64,000 bases of DNA from Patescibacteria group bacterium (GCA_040384705.1 JAZKIU010000001.1:25907-89906); one strand, 5' to 3'; shown: positions 18,088 to 27,284, counted from the stretch's first letter. Made by a program: numbers and translations. Notes: a model not told the origin generated them from the sequence alone.

Positions 18088-18608
18088 GGTTTGGTTGGTG
18101 CCTCGGTGACGGCAACTGAAATATTCACCGACGCGGTCCAGGCGCTTCCGGTGGTCGGTGGCTTATCGAGCGTAAGGTTCACGATGCGGCTGTCGTACGG
18201 ACCGTACTCGATGGCGCCGAGCGTGCGCATGACCGCATCGAACGAACCGAGGATACGGAGCGAGATGATGATACGCCCGTCGGCGCCTGGCTTATCCGAC
18301 ACAGCAACCACTTCGGCCGCTGAGCCCAGTTCCCTGCCCGTGCCCTCGATGCGCTCGAGGAACGGGACGATGTCGACGAGCGGTATGGAATACCCCTTGA
18401 TGGCGGCCTCGTCGCTCGCGAGCGCAGTGAGTGCATCGCTCGTCTCGGCCGCGACCACCGTGTCATGCATTATCTTATCTATCTCCGCCTGGAGCGCGAC
18501 CGAGCGCTCCGTCGCCTTCTCGACCGTGTAGTACCAGAAGGCGTAGAGCCCGAGTACGCCTACGAGAAGCGCGATGGATACGATGAGATGGGAGAAGGAG
18601 CGGTTCAT
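18084..18608 (-). CDS. pilO: Type IV pilus assembly protein PilO-like
   Basis: N-terminal TM helix plus coiled coil; lies in the pilM-pilN-pilO order with 4-nt overlaps. Confidence 0.55.
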   Translation of the reverse strand: MNRSFSHLIVSIALLVGVLGLYAFWYYTVEKATERSVALQAEIDKIMHDTVVAAETSDALTALASDEAAIKGYSIPLVDIVPFLERIEGTGRELGSAAEVVAVSDKPGADGRIIISLRILGSFDAVMRTLGAIEYGPYDSRIVNLTLDKPPTTGSAWTASVNISVAVTEAPTKP

Positions 18609-19165
18609 GGCAGGAGGGTACCGGTGAGGGTAACGGTGAACGCGATGTCGCGCTCCTTCGCGTACGAGGAAATGGGAAGCTCGGCCTTCGTGACGAACGG
18701 AAGCGTGCCGAGCGTCTGCACGTACTGGCGGAGCGCATCGCGGCTAGCGGCTACGCCCACGAGCGTCATGCGGTTCGTTCCCGGCGTGACGGAAGGCGTG
18801 AACGTGAATCCTTGGATGCTGATGCCTGGGCGCGGCACCAAGAGCACCGCTTTCACGACCCCCGCAGCCGTCGCCTGCGTTCCCAGCACCTGGAGCTGCT
18901 TGGCCTTGGCCTTGAGCGCATCGACGCGACCCTTGAGCTCCTGCTCGCTCGTCGCGCTCGCTGCTATCTGCAACGTCGCGAGCTGCTCCGCACGCGACCC
19001 TGCCTGCTGGACGACGTATATATATGACGGGAGGAGGAGCGCCCCATGCACCACGATGAGTGCCGTGAGCAGGCATATCGCCACGACGATGACGCGGAAG
19101 ACGTAGTCCCGCACGAGTCCGTGCTTCCTGTCACGCGGAAGAAGATTAGTGAGGTCAGTTTGCAT
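18605..19165 (-). CDS. pilN: Type IV pilus assembly protein PilN
   Basis: N-terminal TNLLP motif (the PilN INLLP signature), then a TM helix and a coiled coil. Confidence 0.6.
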   Translation of the reverse strand: MQTDLTNLLPRDRKHGLVRDYVFRVIVVAICLLTALIVVHGALLLPSYIYVVQQAGSRAEQLATLQIAASATSEQELKGRVDALKAKAKQLQVLGTQATAAGVVKAVLLVPRPGISIQGFTFTPSVTPGTNRMTLVGVAASRDALRQYVQTLGTLPFVTKAELPISSYAKERDIAFTVTLTGTLLP

Positions 19166-20247
19166 AGGTACGAAGCGCGAGCCCTATGGCGGTCGCGTAG
19201 GCGAGGGATTCCATGTAGTCGATAGGCGGGAGCCACTCGTCACGGGATGCTAGGTTCGTGAACACGTCACCGAGCTCGACCGGGAGACCGAGGTTCGTCT
19301 CAAGATATTCTGCAAGGCCGCGCACCGTCGCATTGCCGCCCACGAGTATCGCGCGGGTGACCGGGGTATGACCCCCTTCCCCGCCGGCCCTCGCCTGCCA
19401 GTACTGGAGTCGACGCGCTATCTCGTCGCGAATGACGGAAACGGTTGTGAGCATGGCGGCGAGGTATTCCTCGTTACCTTCCCCTCCCATGAGCCCGCGC
19501 TCGGCCTTCACCCGCTTCGCCTCCTCTTCCGTTACATTGAAATACTTCTGGACGGCGAGCGTGAGCGCATGCCCGCCGATATCGAGCGTGGTCGCGAAGC
19601 GCGGGATGCGCTTCTCCACGATGACGAGCTTGGTGGTGGTGCGCCCGAGGTCGATGATGAGGACGGTATCGGTATCCCCCACCGGAAGAAGAGCGCGCGG
19701 GAGCGAGAACGTCTCGCTCTCGACCGCTGATACCCCTACCTTCGCCTCGTCGAGCACCGAGAGCGACTCATCGATGAGGCGGTTCGCGTACGCGATACCC
19801 ACCACATGCGTGAGGTCTCCTTTCGTATCGGTCGGTGCGATATCGAAGAGTGTCTCTGCAGGAGGTAGTGGTACGTACTCATCGATATGCGCCTCGACCG
19901 CAGCTCGCCATTCGCTCTTCTTGGTACCCGGCACGTCCGCTTCGAAGAGATAGCTTCTCGATTCGGAGAGTGCGATGTGTGCGTACCGAATATTATGCTC
20001 CTTCGCGAGCGTACGTATCGCGTTCACGACCGCCGCGCGGTCCGCTATCTCGCCACCGTTCATCGCGCCGAGCTCGAGACGGCCATCGCCGAAGTCGGTG
20101 AGCTCGAGACCATCGAGCTTTTCGCTTATCACCGCGAGCTTTATCCCGCTTGCGGATATGTCGATGCCCGCCGAGAGCGGTGCAAGGTATCTAGGCGCGG
20201 CGAATTCGACGCGCATGAACCGTTTGAGAGAATCGTTGAGCGCCATG
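19155..20247 (-). CDS. pilM: Type IV pilus assembly ATPase-like protein PilM (actin fold)
   Basis: GIDISASGIKLAVIS... actin-like ATPase region. Start moved to the internal ATG (MALNDS) at about 20247, which has a TATAAT -10 located 13 nt upstream. Confidence 0.8.
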
Positions 20248-20283
20248 CTCCGAAAATTATACCGCACGCACTCGCACGCGCGC

Positions 20284-20622
20284 TTAGTGAGTACCTGTTC
20301 CAGGCGGAACCTGCCGGTCAGGCACCATGAATGCGAAGGTCTCGCCTTCCCCTGCGGCGAAGAGCATACCGTTGCTCTCAAGCCCTTTGATGGTACGGGG
20401 CTCGAGGTTCGTCACGAAGGAAAGCTGGCGACCGATGAGCGTCTCGGGCTCGGGAACATACGCATTGATGCCCGACACTATCTGGCGCGGCGCTTCTTCC
20501 CCGAATTCCACCATGAGGCGCAGCAGCTTATCGGTCTCGGGAACGCGCTCTGCCGATATGACGGTGCCGACCTTCACTTCTATCTTCGAGAAGTCATCTA
20601 TGGAAATGCGTGGCTTATCCAT
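20284..20622 (-). CDS. tRNA-binding protein (CsaA/Trbp111-like, MetRS C-terminal-domain fold)
   Basis: N-terminal IDDFSKIEVKVGTVISAE motif typical of the tRNA-binding OB domain. Confidence 0.75.
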   Translation of the reverse strand: MDKPRISIDDFSKIEVKVGTVISAERVPETDKLLRLMVEFGEEAPRQIVSGINAYVPEPETLIGRQLSFVTNLEPRTIKGLESNGMLFAAGEGETFAFMVPDRQVPPGTGTH

Positions 20623-21016
20623 GGTTCGCGTGGGAAAGGTAGCTGGTAAGTATGAGGGCTGCTGCGGACGAGTCCACGTTGCCGCTCTTGCGGATGTGCA
20701 CTCCTTCGAAATCCCGACGGGCCTCTTGGGTAGTAAACGTCTCGGGCTCGTAGAAGACGGGAACGCCAGTGCGCTCGGTAAGCGCCTCGGCGAACGCGCG
20801 CGCGTCCTTGGCGACCGGGTTATCGGTGCCCGCGAACGAGCGGGATTCCCCCACCACGATCGCTTCCACCTTCTCCTTCTGGATGAGGCTCACGACTTCA
20901 TCGAGCGTTCGGCCATCGTTCCCCATGATGCTGTGCGGGAAGCCCATGGTGCCCGCGTCGTCTGAGAGCGAGAGCCCTATCCGCTTGGTGCCATAATCTA
21001 TGCCGAGGTAGCGCAT
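20615..21016 (-). CDS. ruvX: Holliday-junction-resolvase-like protein RuvX/YqgF
   Basis: Begins MRYLGIDYGTKRIGLSLSD in the RNase H-like fold; 133 aa. Confidence 0.85.
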   Translation of the reverse strand: MRYLGIDYGTKRIGLSLSDDAGTMGFPHSIMGNDGRTLDEVVSLIQKEKVEAIVVGESRSFAGTDNPVAKDARAFAEALTERTGVPVFYEPETFTTQEARRDFEGVHIRKSGNVDSSAAALILTSYLSHANHG

Positions 21017-21067
21017 ATCCGCATCCTACACGCAGGCCGGGCTCTGTGCTATAGAATGTAGGTTCTC

Positions 21068-21155
21068 GGAGGAGTGGCAGAGTGGTCTATCGCACCTGTC
21101 TTGAAAACAGGAGTGCCGCAAGGTACCGTGAGTTCGAATCTCACCTCCTCCGCCA
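21068..21155 (+). tRNA. tRNA-Ser (anticodon TGA), CCA encoded
   Basis: GGAGGAG...CTCCTCCGCCA, anticodon loop CTTGAAA, long variable arm. Confidence 0.85.
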
Positions 21156-21199
21156 AAAGGCTTCTTATTGCCGTTTCGAGTCGTGCTAGCATTTTTAGT

Positions 21200-21700
21200 A
21201 TGAACAAATATTTAATCGTCGGAGTGGTGGCGATTTTGGTAGTTGCAGGTGGGTGGTGGTATGTAACTCAGCCGCACGCAATGGAACAGAGAACGCGTGA
21301 GGCTGGCCCCAACCGTACATACGCGTATGAGAATTCAGATAGTCTCGAATCTCTGAAATCGCCAACCGGAAAGTACGCAATTATGTACGACGCGCAATCT
21401 AAAAGTTCATTTCGTATCGTGGACACATCAACTAAAAAGGTCCTCTCTGACTACACCCCAAAGACAGGTAGTGCCATAATCTGCGAGATGGTTTGCTACC
21501 CATTTGCTCTATGGATGGACGACACGAAACTCGTTATCGGCTCTTATAGTCTGGTCAATCGCGCATGGGGACCAGATAATCCAGCAAAACGCCACGAGAC
21601 TGTTGTATTTGATGTCTCTACAGAAACGTACAGAGTAGCGACTGAATTGGAGATAAACCAATCTGGACTGTATAGCGATAAGAATCTCCCGTTTGAGTAG
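21200..21700 (+). CDS. Hypothetical membrane-anchored protein in a low-GC patch next to tRNA-Ser
   Basis: ATG at about 21200 (MNKYLIVGVVAILVVAGGWWYV). Roughly 45% GC against ~60% for the surroundings, with A/T-rich third codon positions. Confidence 0.55.
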   Translation: MNKYLIVGVVAILVVAGGWWYVTQPHAMEQRTREAGPNRTYAYENSDSLESLKSPTGKYAIMYDAQSKSSFRIVDTSTKKVLSDYTPKTGSAIICEMVCYPFALWMDDTKLVIGSYSLVNRAWGPDNPAKRHETVVFDVSTETYRVATELEINQSGLYSDKNLPFE

Positions 21701-21766
21701 ATTCGCAGGACATTTGTGCGCAGCCGACACTTCACATACGTTCGAGTGATATCATGAGCGCATACC

Positions 21767-22240
21767 ATGCCTCGCCCGCCGCTCTACGATTGGGAAGGAA
21801 CGGAATACTCGTTCGAAGAAAAAGGCGCCGACTGGTACTGGGCGCTCGGTATCATCGCGGTCGCAGCGATAATCGCCTGCATCCTCTTCAATAACATCAT
21901 CCTCGCGCTTCTCGTGGGCGCTGCGGCTTCCGCAGCTGCGCTCCAAGCAGCGAAGCACCCGCGCACCCACCACTTCGCTATATACGATCGCGGCCTCGCT
22001 ATCGATGACCGTCTCTACCTGTTCGAGGACATGCTCTCCTTCTCGGTGCTTGAGTATGCGGACGAGACGCTCCCACCATCGCTTTCTATAAAGACGAAGC
22101 ATTTCCTCGCCCCCCACCTCCTCATCCCCATCGAAGGGTACGACCCGGTCGAGATATACGCCTTCTTCCTCGAGCATGTCGAGGAGGGCCACCATGACGA
22201 GTCAGTCGTGGACCACTTCGTCGACATGCTCCGTTTGTAG
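21767..22240 (+). CDS. Hypothetical membrane protein
   Basis: 157 aa with two predicted TM helices and a His/Asp/Glu-rich C-terminus. Confidence 0.45.
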   Translation: MPRPPLYDWEGTEYSFEEKGADWYWALGIIAVAAIIACILFNNIILALLVGAAASAAALQAAKHPRTHHFAIYDRGLAIDDRLYLFEDMLSFSVLEYADETLPPSLSIKTKHFLAPHLLIPIEGYDPVEIYAFFLEHVEEGHHDESVVDHFVDMLRL

Positions 22241-22286
22241 GAGCTTCTTGCGAATAGGCGACTGAAACGATAGAGTCAGGCGTATT

Positions 22287-22358
22287 GCTCCCGTCGTTCA
22301 ATGGATAGGACGCGAGTTTGCGGAATTCGTAATGATGGTTCGATTCCATCCGGGAGCA
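22287..22358 (+). tRNA. tRNA-Arg with apparent GCG anticodon
   Basis: GCTCCCG TC GTTC AATGGATA GGAC G CGAGT TTGCGGA ATTCG TAAT GATGG TTCGATT CCATC CGGGAGC A; positions 34-36 of the loop read GCG. Confidence 0.6.
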
Positions 22359-22391
22359 CCGAAAAATTTTGTGCTATAAGATGAGGCGTCA

Positions 22392-22463
22392 GCTCTCGTC
22401 GTTCAATGGATAGGACGCAAGCCTCCGAAGCCTGAAATGCAGGTTCGATTCCTGCCGAGAGCA
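22392..22463 (+). tRNA. tRNA-Arg (anticodon CCG)
   Basis: Same D-arm as the upstream tRNA; anticodon loop CTCCGAA; acceptor GCTCTCG/CGAGAGC. Confidence 0.75.
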
Positions 22464-22474
22464 CCGCATATAAG

Positions 22475-22504
22475 AAAAGAGCCCCTCTCGGGGCTCTTTT
22501 CTTT
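22475..22504. terminator. Bidirectional terminator between the tRNA-Arg pair and rpsT
   Basis: AAAAGAGCCCC-TCTC-GGGGCTCTTTTCTTT. Confidence 0.6.
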
Positions 22505-22766
22505 AGGCCTTCGCCCGCGCTATCGCTTTGGCGAGCCTCGACTTCTTCCGGGAGGCTGCGTTCTTCTTGATGATGCCGGTCTTAGCCGCCTTATCGATGG
22601 CCTTGTATGCCGCCGAGAGGGACTTCTCCGCTTCCTTGGTGTCGGTCGTGATGAGCTTGCGGACGACTTTGGTCGTATCCACGAGCGCACGCTTCCTGCG
22701 CACGTTGAACACGTGCTTCCGGAGGGAGGCGCGGTGCGCTTTCTTAGCTGATTTCGTGATTGCCAT
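22503..22766 (-). CDS. rpsT: 30S ribosomal protein S20
   Basis: MAITKSAKKAHRASLRKHVFNVRRKRAL... Confidence 0.9.
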   Translation of the reverse strand: MAITKSAKKAHRASLRKHVFNVRRKRALVDTTKVVRKLITTDTKEAEKSLSAAYKAIDKAAKTGIIKKNAASRKKSRLAKAIARAKA

Positions 22767-22864
22767 GTGTCCGGAATACTACTATCGAAGCCCTTTAAAG
22801 ACAAGTTCTTCGGGGCACAGGCCGCCTCAACCCTGTCTGTTGCGAGGAGTGGTACGATAGACGC

Positions 22865-23416
22865 ATGATCCGGGAGATAAAAGGCATGGTCCTCTCTATA
22901 GAAGCCGCCGGTGCGGTCATCGACGTGTCCGGGTGGGGCGTATTCGTATTCCTCGCCAATCCCCTCCTCCTTACTGAAGGCACGGAAGTCCGTCTGAAGA
23001 CCCATCTAGGTATCAAGCAGGATGGTATCGACCTCTATGGATTCCCGACCGAGGAGGATAGGCACTTCTTCGAGCTTCTAGTAACAGTGCCAGGGGTCGG
23101 ACCCAAGACCGCCATGGGAATACTGCGCAAGGCGCCACGCGAGGCGCTCGAGGGCGCGATAGGGTCGCGCGATATCACGTACCTCACCCGCGTCATCGGT
23201 CTCTCGAAGAAGGCGGCGGAGAAGTTCGCCATCGAGCTCTCGGAGAAGATAGGCGCGAAGGCGGTGCATGGTGACGATGATGCGGAAGTCTTCGATACGC
23301 TCGTGGCGCTCGGATATACCGAACGCGAAGCACGCAAGACGCTTTCTTCCCTTCCCGCGAGCGTCACCGGGAAGGACGCACGCCTGAAGGCCGCGCTTAC
23401 TTCCGCCTCACGCTAG
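22865..23416 (+). CDS. ruvA: Holliday junction DNA helicase subunit RuvA
   Basis: OB domain, tandem HhH motif (VPGVGPKTAMGIL) and a C-terminal RuvB-interaction domain. Confidence 0.85.
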   Translation: MIREIKGMVLSIEAAGAVIDVSGWGVFVFLANPLLLTEGTEVRLKTHLGIKQDGIDLYGFPTEEDRHFFELLVTVPGVGPKTAMGILRKAPREALEGAIGSRDITYLTRVIGLSKKAAEKFAIELSEKIGAKAVHGDDDAEVFDTLVALGYTEREARKTLSSLPASVTGKDARLKAALTSASR

Positions 23417-23418
23417 CT

Positions 23419-24690
23419 ATGGGCGCGTTGAAACGACTCATAGAAGCACTTGTTCCCCGCCAGCTCTATCGCACGCTCGTGCGTCCCTACCATTTCCTCA
23501 TCACATGCCTGGCCGCATTTCGCTACGGCTTCCCCGCGAAGAAACTGACGGTCATCCTCGTCACCGGCACCAAAGGAAAATCTTCCGTGACCGAGATGCT
23601 GTTCGCGACTCTGCGTCATGCGGGCATCAAGACGGCAGTCGCTGGCACCATACGCTTCGCGATAAACGACGAGACGCGCCCGAACCTCTATAAGATGACG
23701 ATGCCTGGCCGTGGGTTCATCCAGGCGTTCCTCGCAGAAGCGGTCGCGAAGGGCGCGACGCATGCGGTGATAGAGGTGACGTCCGAAGCCACGCTCCAGT
23801 ACCGCCACCTCTTCCTGTTCCCGAACGCGCTCGTGTTCACGAATCTCCAGAAGGAGCACATCGAGTCGCATGGCTCGTTCGAGAAGTACGCGAAGGCGAA
23901 GCTTTCCATCGCGAAGGAGCTCGTTAATTCCTCGAAGCGTCCACGCGCTGTCATCGCGAACGCGGATAACGAGCACAGCGCTCCGTATCTCGCGCTTCCG
24001 CTTGAGAACGTGCTTCCATTTTCGTACGCCGATGCGACCGATGTCGTACTTCATCCCGGCAGCGTCTCCTTCTCCGTGGACGACACCCATTTCGATATGC
24101 ACCTGCCCGGCAGCTTCTCCATAATGAACGCGCTCGCCGTCATACGTGCAGCACGCTTCTTGGGTGTGCCACTTGGGGCTATCGCAGACGCGCTCGTCAA
24201 GCTCGAACGAATACCTGGACGCACCGAACGCATAGAAGAAGGCCAGGACTTCCATGCCATCGTCGACTACGCGCACACCCCTGACTCGCTCGCAGCGCTC
24301 TATGCGGCATACCCGAGCCGGAAGATATGCGTGCTCGGCAACACAGGAGGCGGGCGCGACACCTGGAAGCGTCCTTCTATGGGCGCTATCGCGGACCAAG
24401 AGTGCGACGAGGTCATCCTCACGAACGAGGATCCGTACGACGAAGACCCCGCGGATATCGTCGACGCCATGGCAGCCGGCATGAAGCGCGCACCGAAGAT
24501 AATCATGGATAGGCGTGAAGCTATACGTACTGCGCTTTCGCTCGCACGCACCGGCGACGCCGTACTCGTCACCGGCAAAGGGACCGACCCTTATATCATG
24601 GAGGCGAACGGCATGAAGACTCCCTGGAGCGATGCGGAAGTCGTGCGCGAAGAACTCCGGAAGCTCAAGGGTACCCCTGGTAGTATGTAG
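23419..24690 (+). CDS. Mur-ligase-family protein (MurE/MurT-like, lacks the N-terminal domain)
   Basis: P-loop VTGTKGKSSVTEML, the central Mur-ligase domain, and a C-terminal TNEDPYDEDP (DNPR-like) motif; 423 aa. Confidence 0.65.
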   Translation: MGALKRLIEALVPRQLYRTLVRPYHFLITCLAAFRYGFPAKKLTVILVTGTKGKSSVTEMLFATLRHAGIKTAVAGTIRFAINDETRPNLYKMTMPGRGFIQAFLAEAVAKGATHAVIEVTSEATLQYRHLFLFPNALVFTNLQKEHIESHGSFEKYAKAKLSIAKELVNSSKRPRAVIANADNEHSAPYLALPLENVLPFSYADATDVVLHPGSVSFSVDDTHFDMHLPGSFSIMNALAVIRAARFLGVPLGAIADALVKLERIPGRTERIEEGQDFHAIVDYAHTPDSLAALYAAYPSRKICVLGNTGGGRDTWKRPSMGAIADQECDEVILTNEDPYDEDPADIVDAMAAGMKRAPKIIMDRREAIRTALSLARTGDAVLVTGKGTDPYIMEANGMKTPWSDAEVVREELRKLKGTPGSM

Positions 24691-24692
24691 CT

Positions 24693-25628
24693 ATGGGAAG
24701 CGACGGTATCCTCTTTGCGACGGTCATCATCTTCTTCTTTCTCCTGTGGTTCGTCTCGGGCGGCCCGACGAAACCTATCTCCTTCTCAGGCCCGTATATC
24801 ACCCCGATAACGGATACCGGCCAGACGCAGTTCGGATACGATGAGGGACAGTGGTTCGGTGGTAATTCAACCGGAGGCGCCGGTCTCTTCGGTGGCCAGC
24901 AGAGCATCCAGGGTATAGGCAGCGTGTTCTCAGGTGATGCAGATAAGGCAAAGGCATTCGGCGACCCTTCGCCGTATCGAGGTCAGATAACGATCACGAG
25001 CGTCTCGAGCGGCACAGGACCGAACGACGAATACGTCACGCTCCAGATGTCGAGCAGCGCGACGGGCCCGCTCACGATAAGCGGATGGCGATTGCGCAGC
25101 GATGCGACCTATAAGGCCGGGACAATACCGAACGGTGCGGAGACGCCGAAGACCGGAGTGAATTCAACCGGGCCCATCACGCTCCAGCCCGGCGACCGCG
25201 CAATCGTCCTTACGGGCGAGGCGCCCACCGGCGTCTCCTTCCGTGAGAACATATGCGTCGGCTATTTCTCGAAGCGGCAGGCGTTCTATCCCTCGCTGAG
25301 CGGTAGTTGCCCTTCGCCGATGCAGGAGTTCGATCGATATTACGTCGGGAACAAGCTCGCGGACGATTCCTGCTACCAATATGTCCAGACCATCTCGCAA
25401 TGCGTCTCCCCTACCGATACACCCAATCTGACCGATAGGTGCGAGGAGTTCATCGACGACTACCTCGACTACAACGGCTGCGTCGCAGCGCATCAGCAGG
25501 AACCAGGATTCAAGAGCCAGGACTGGCGTATCTATCTCGAGCGCAGTGGCGACTTGTGGAAGTCGGACCGCGAAGCGGTGAAGCTCCTCGATGCGAACGG
25601 GAAAACGGTAGACCTCTACACGTATTAA
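24693..25628 (+). CDS. Secreted protein with a lamin-tail-like (LTD) beta-sandwich segment
   Basis: Signal peptide; EYVTLQMSSSATGPLTISGWRLRSD...TLQPGDRAIVLTGE pattern and a C-terminal KLLDANGKTVDLYTY. Confidence 0.45.
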   Translation: MGSDGILFATVIIFFFLLWFVSGGPTKPISFSGPYITPITDTGQTQFGYDEGQWFGGNSTGGAGLFGGQQSIQGIGSVFSGDADKAKAFGDPSPYRGQITITSVSSGTGPNDEYVTLQMSSSATGPLTISGWRLRSDATYKAGTIPNGAETPKTGVNSTGPITLQPGDRAIVLTGEAPTGVSFRENICVGYFSKRQAFYPSLSGSCPSPMQEFDRYYVGNKLADDSCYQYVQTISQCVSPTDTPNLTDRCEEFIDDYLDYNGCVAAHQQEPGFKSQDWRIYLERSGDLWKSDREAVKLLDANGKTVDLYTY

Positions 25629-25646
25629 GGATATAACTTTTGGACT

Positions 25647-25719
25647 GCGCCCGTAGCTCAGTCGGTAGAGCAGCTCCCTTTTAAGGAGACGGTCCCTGGT
25701 TCGAGCCCAGGCGGGCGCA
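25647..25719 (+). tRNA. tRNA-Lys (anticodon TTT)
   Basis: GCGCCCG TA GCTC AGTCGGTA GAGC...CTTTTAA...TTCGAGC...CGGGCGCA. Confidence 0.85.
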
Positions 25720-25775
25720 CACAATAGACAAAGTGGGTTTCTAAGATAGAGTCATCTCAGACTCCTGGAGGGACC

Positions 25776-26186
25776 ATGGAAAAGACGCCTCGAATCCTCG
25801 TCGTTGATGACGAGGCCAGTTGGATCAATAATATCGTCGCCGCGTTCGCTGATACCGAGCACGAGATTGTGACCGCCTCAAGCTATATGGAAGCGGGCAT
25901 ATTGCTCGATGAGTCCGCGTTCGACCTCGTTATTTCAGATAACCACATGAAGGTCTCTAACGCTGGACTCGAGCTACGTGAAAGAATGTGGCTCAAGAGC
26001 CAGGAACATATCCCGTTCATTCTCTATACATACGATGATTCGCCGCACATTACGGAGAGTCTCAAGAAGCACGGCAACGCCTGGCATCGCACTAAAAGCA
26101 CAGTGCCTCCGGCTCGCTTAGCGCGTTTTGCTATGAGCGTTCTCCGCAAAAGGGGACGCGAACTGCCTCACGAGGATTCCTCGTGA
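25776..26186 (+). CDS. Stand-alone response-regulator receiver (REC/CheY-like) domain protein
   Basis: Begins ILVVDDE, with the phospho-acceptor Asp context (FDLVISDNHM) and no output domain. About 50% GC, lower than the flanks. Confidence 0.7.
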   Translation: MEKTPRILVVDDEASWINNIVAAFADTEHEIVTASSYMEAGILLDESAFDLVISDNHMKVSNAGLELRERMWLKSQEHIPFILYTYDDSPHITESLKKHGNAWHRTKSTVPPARLARFAMSVLRKRGRELPHEDSS

Positions 26187-26203
26187 GGCAGTTATTTTTT
26201 ATT
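26164..26203 (+). terminator. Strong Rho-independent terminator of the REC gene
   Basis: CTGCCTCACGAGG-ATTCC-TCGTGAGGCAG followed by TTATTTTTTATT. Confidence 0.7.
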
Positions 26204-26207
26204 CTCG

Positions 26208-26627
26208 CTAGCTTGGCGCGATAACGCGAAGATAGTGCGCAATCGACATGCAGGGAATTATCATCCCTTCTTCCCCGATACTTCCCCTGACCTCCACGAA
26301 ATCTCCTGCCATGAGCGCGAACGCGTCCGCCATGTTGTCTCGCGCGGCACAGGTGGGTAGCCCCATGGAAGGCACCGCGATGACAGCGATGCCTTCGGTC
26401 TCGCTGAGGATGGTCACGAGCACTGGACCATCCACCATGGCTTGTTCGGTCTCCACGGATATGACCGTGCCGCTCACTGCCCTATCTCCCGAAGCCACTT
26501 GGTCTTCAGGCGCCATCTGGGGTGCGCCCTGATCGAGAACAACCTGGCGTGGGTATTTTGTAAGTACGGTGTACAGGCCGGCAGCCACAAGCGCCAGGAT
26601 AATAACTGCGATAAGTGTCTTGTTCAT
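26208..26627 (-). CDS. Hypothetical membrane-anchored protein
   Basis: N-terminal TM helix (MNKTLIAVIILALVAAGLYTVL) and a small extracytoplasmic domain. Confidence 0.45.
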   Translation of the reverse strand: MNKTLIAVIILALVAAGLYTVLTKYPRQVVLDQGAPQMAPEDQVASGDRAVSGTVISVETEQAMVDGPVLVTILSETEGIAVIAVPSMGLPTCAARDNMADAFALMAGDFVEVRGSIGEEGMIIPCMSIAHYLRVIAPS

Positions 26628-26636
26628 ATAGGTGGA

Positions 26637-27284
26637 TTATAACGCGAGCGCGAACCGCTCAAGGGCGAGCGGAAGCGGAAGGTCTCGCCCCCTTGAGTCC
26701 GAGAGAAGCTCGATAAGCGAAAGCGAGAGCGCTCTCGTCTCTTCCTTATCCCATCCGCGCCCTCCCTTCTGCATCAAATCGCGCGCCTTCCAGTGAAGAA
26801 GGCCGTGCACTGCCTCTGGAGCATCGCCCGCCCGTGTAGCCTTGATGATTTCCTTCCATAGCGCGGCGCTGTCCTTCGCTGCGAGCGCATTCACAAGCGC
26901 GCTATTGAATCCGCGATCCTTCGAAGCGACCGCGTCTATCTTGAACGTTTTCTCTGCAACGGCTTCGAGCTTCTTCGCACGCGCAGCAAGAAGCTTCGGC
27001 GCAAGCACCGCGACCGGATTATCGGACGAGGCGAGCAGGTCGATATGTTCGAGCACCATCTCACCGGACTCGCTAAGGGCGAACGGGTCGTCGAGCAGCA
27101 CGAGCGTCTTCGTGAAGAAGAGACCCTGGGAGGAGAGCGCCTCGAGGAGCGAGCTCGCGCTTACTTGGTCAGCGGATATGCGTATATAGGCTGCTTCGGG
27201 CGCCTTCGCGCGCGCAGCCGCCACCCAGGCGAACGCCTTCGCTCGCACCTTATTCGTATCGCTTCCGTGGAAAAGGTAGATCAC
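26637..27284 (-). CDS. DNA polymerase III delta-subunit-like protein (short HolA-like)
   Basis: N-terminus MIYLFHGSD resembles the HolA start (M.yL.yGe/sD); lies immediately upstream of polA. Weak call. Confidence 0.4.
   Translation of the reverse strand: MIYLFHGSDTNKVRAKAFAWVAAARAKAPEAAYIRISADQVSASSLLEALSSQGLFFTKTLVLLDDPFALSESGEMVLEHIDLLASSDNPVAVLAPKLLAARAKKLEAVAEKTFKIDAVASKDRGFNSALVNALAAKDSAALWKEIIKATRAGDAPEAVHGLLHWKARDLMQKGGRGWDKEETRALSLSLIELLSDSRGRDLPLPLALERFALAL

Noticed and set aside
22276-22464. 62-aa minus ORF across the two tRNA-Arg genes, and 186-aa minus ORF 25164..25724 across tRNA-Lys
   Set aside because: Both are translations of tRNA antisense strands (repeated IEPS/SIERRE peptides from the duplicated tRNA sequence), not genes.
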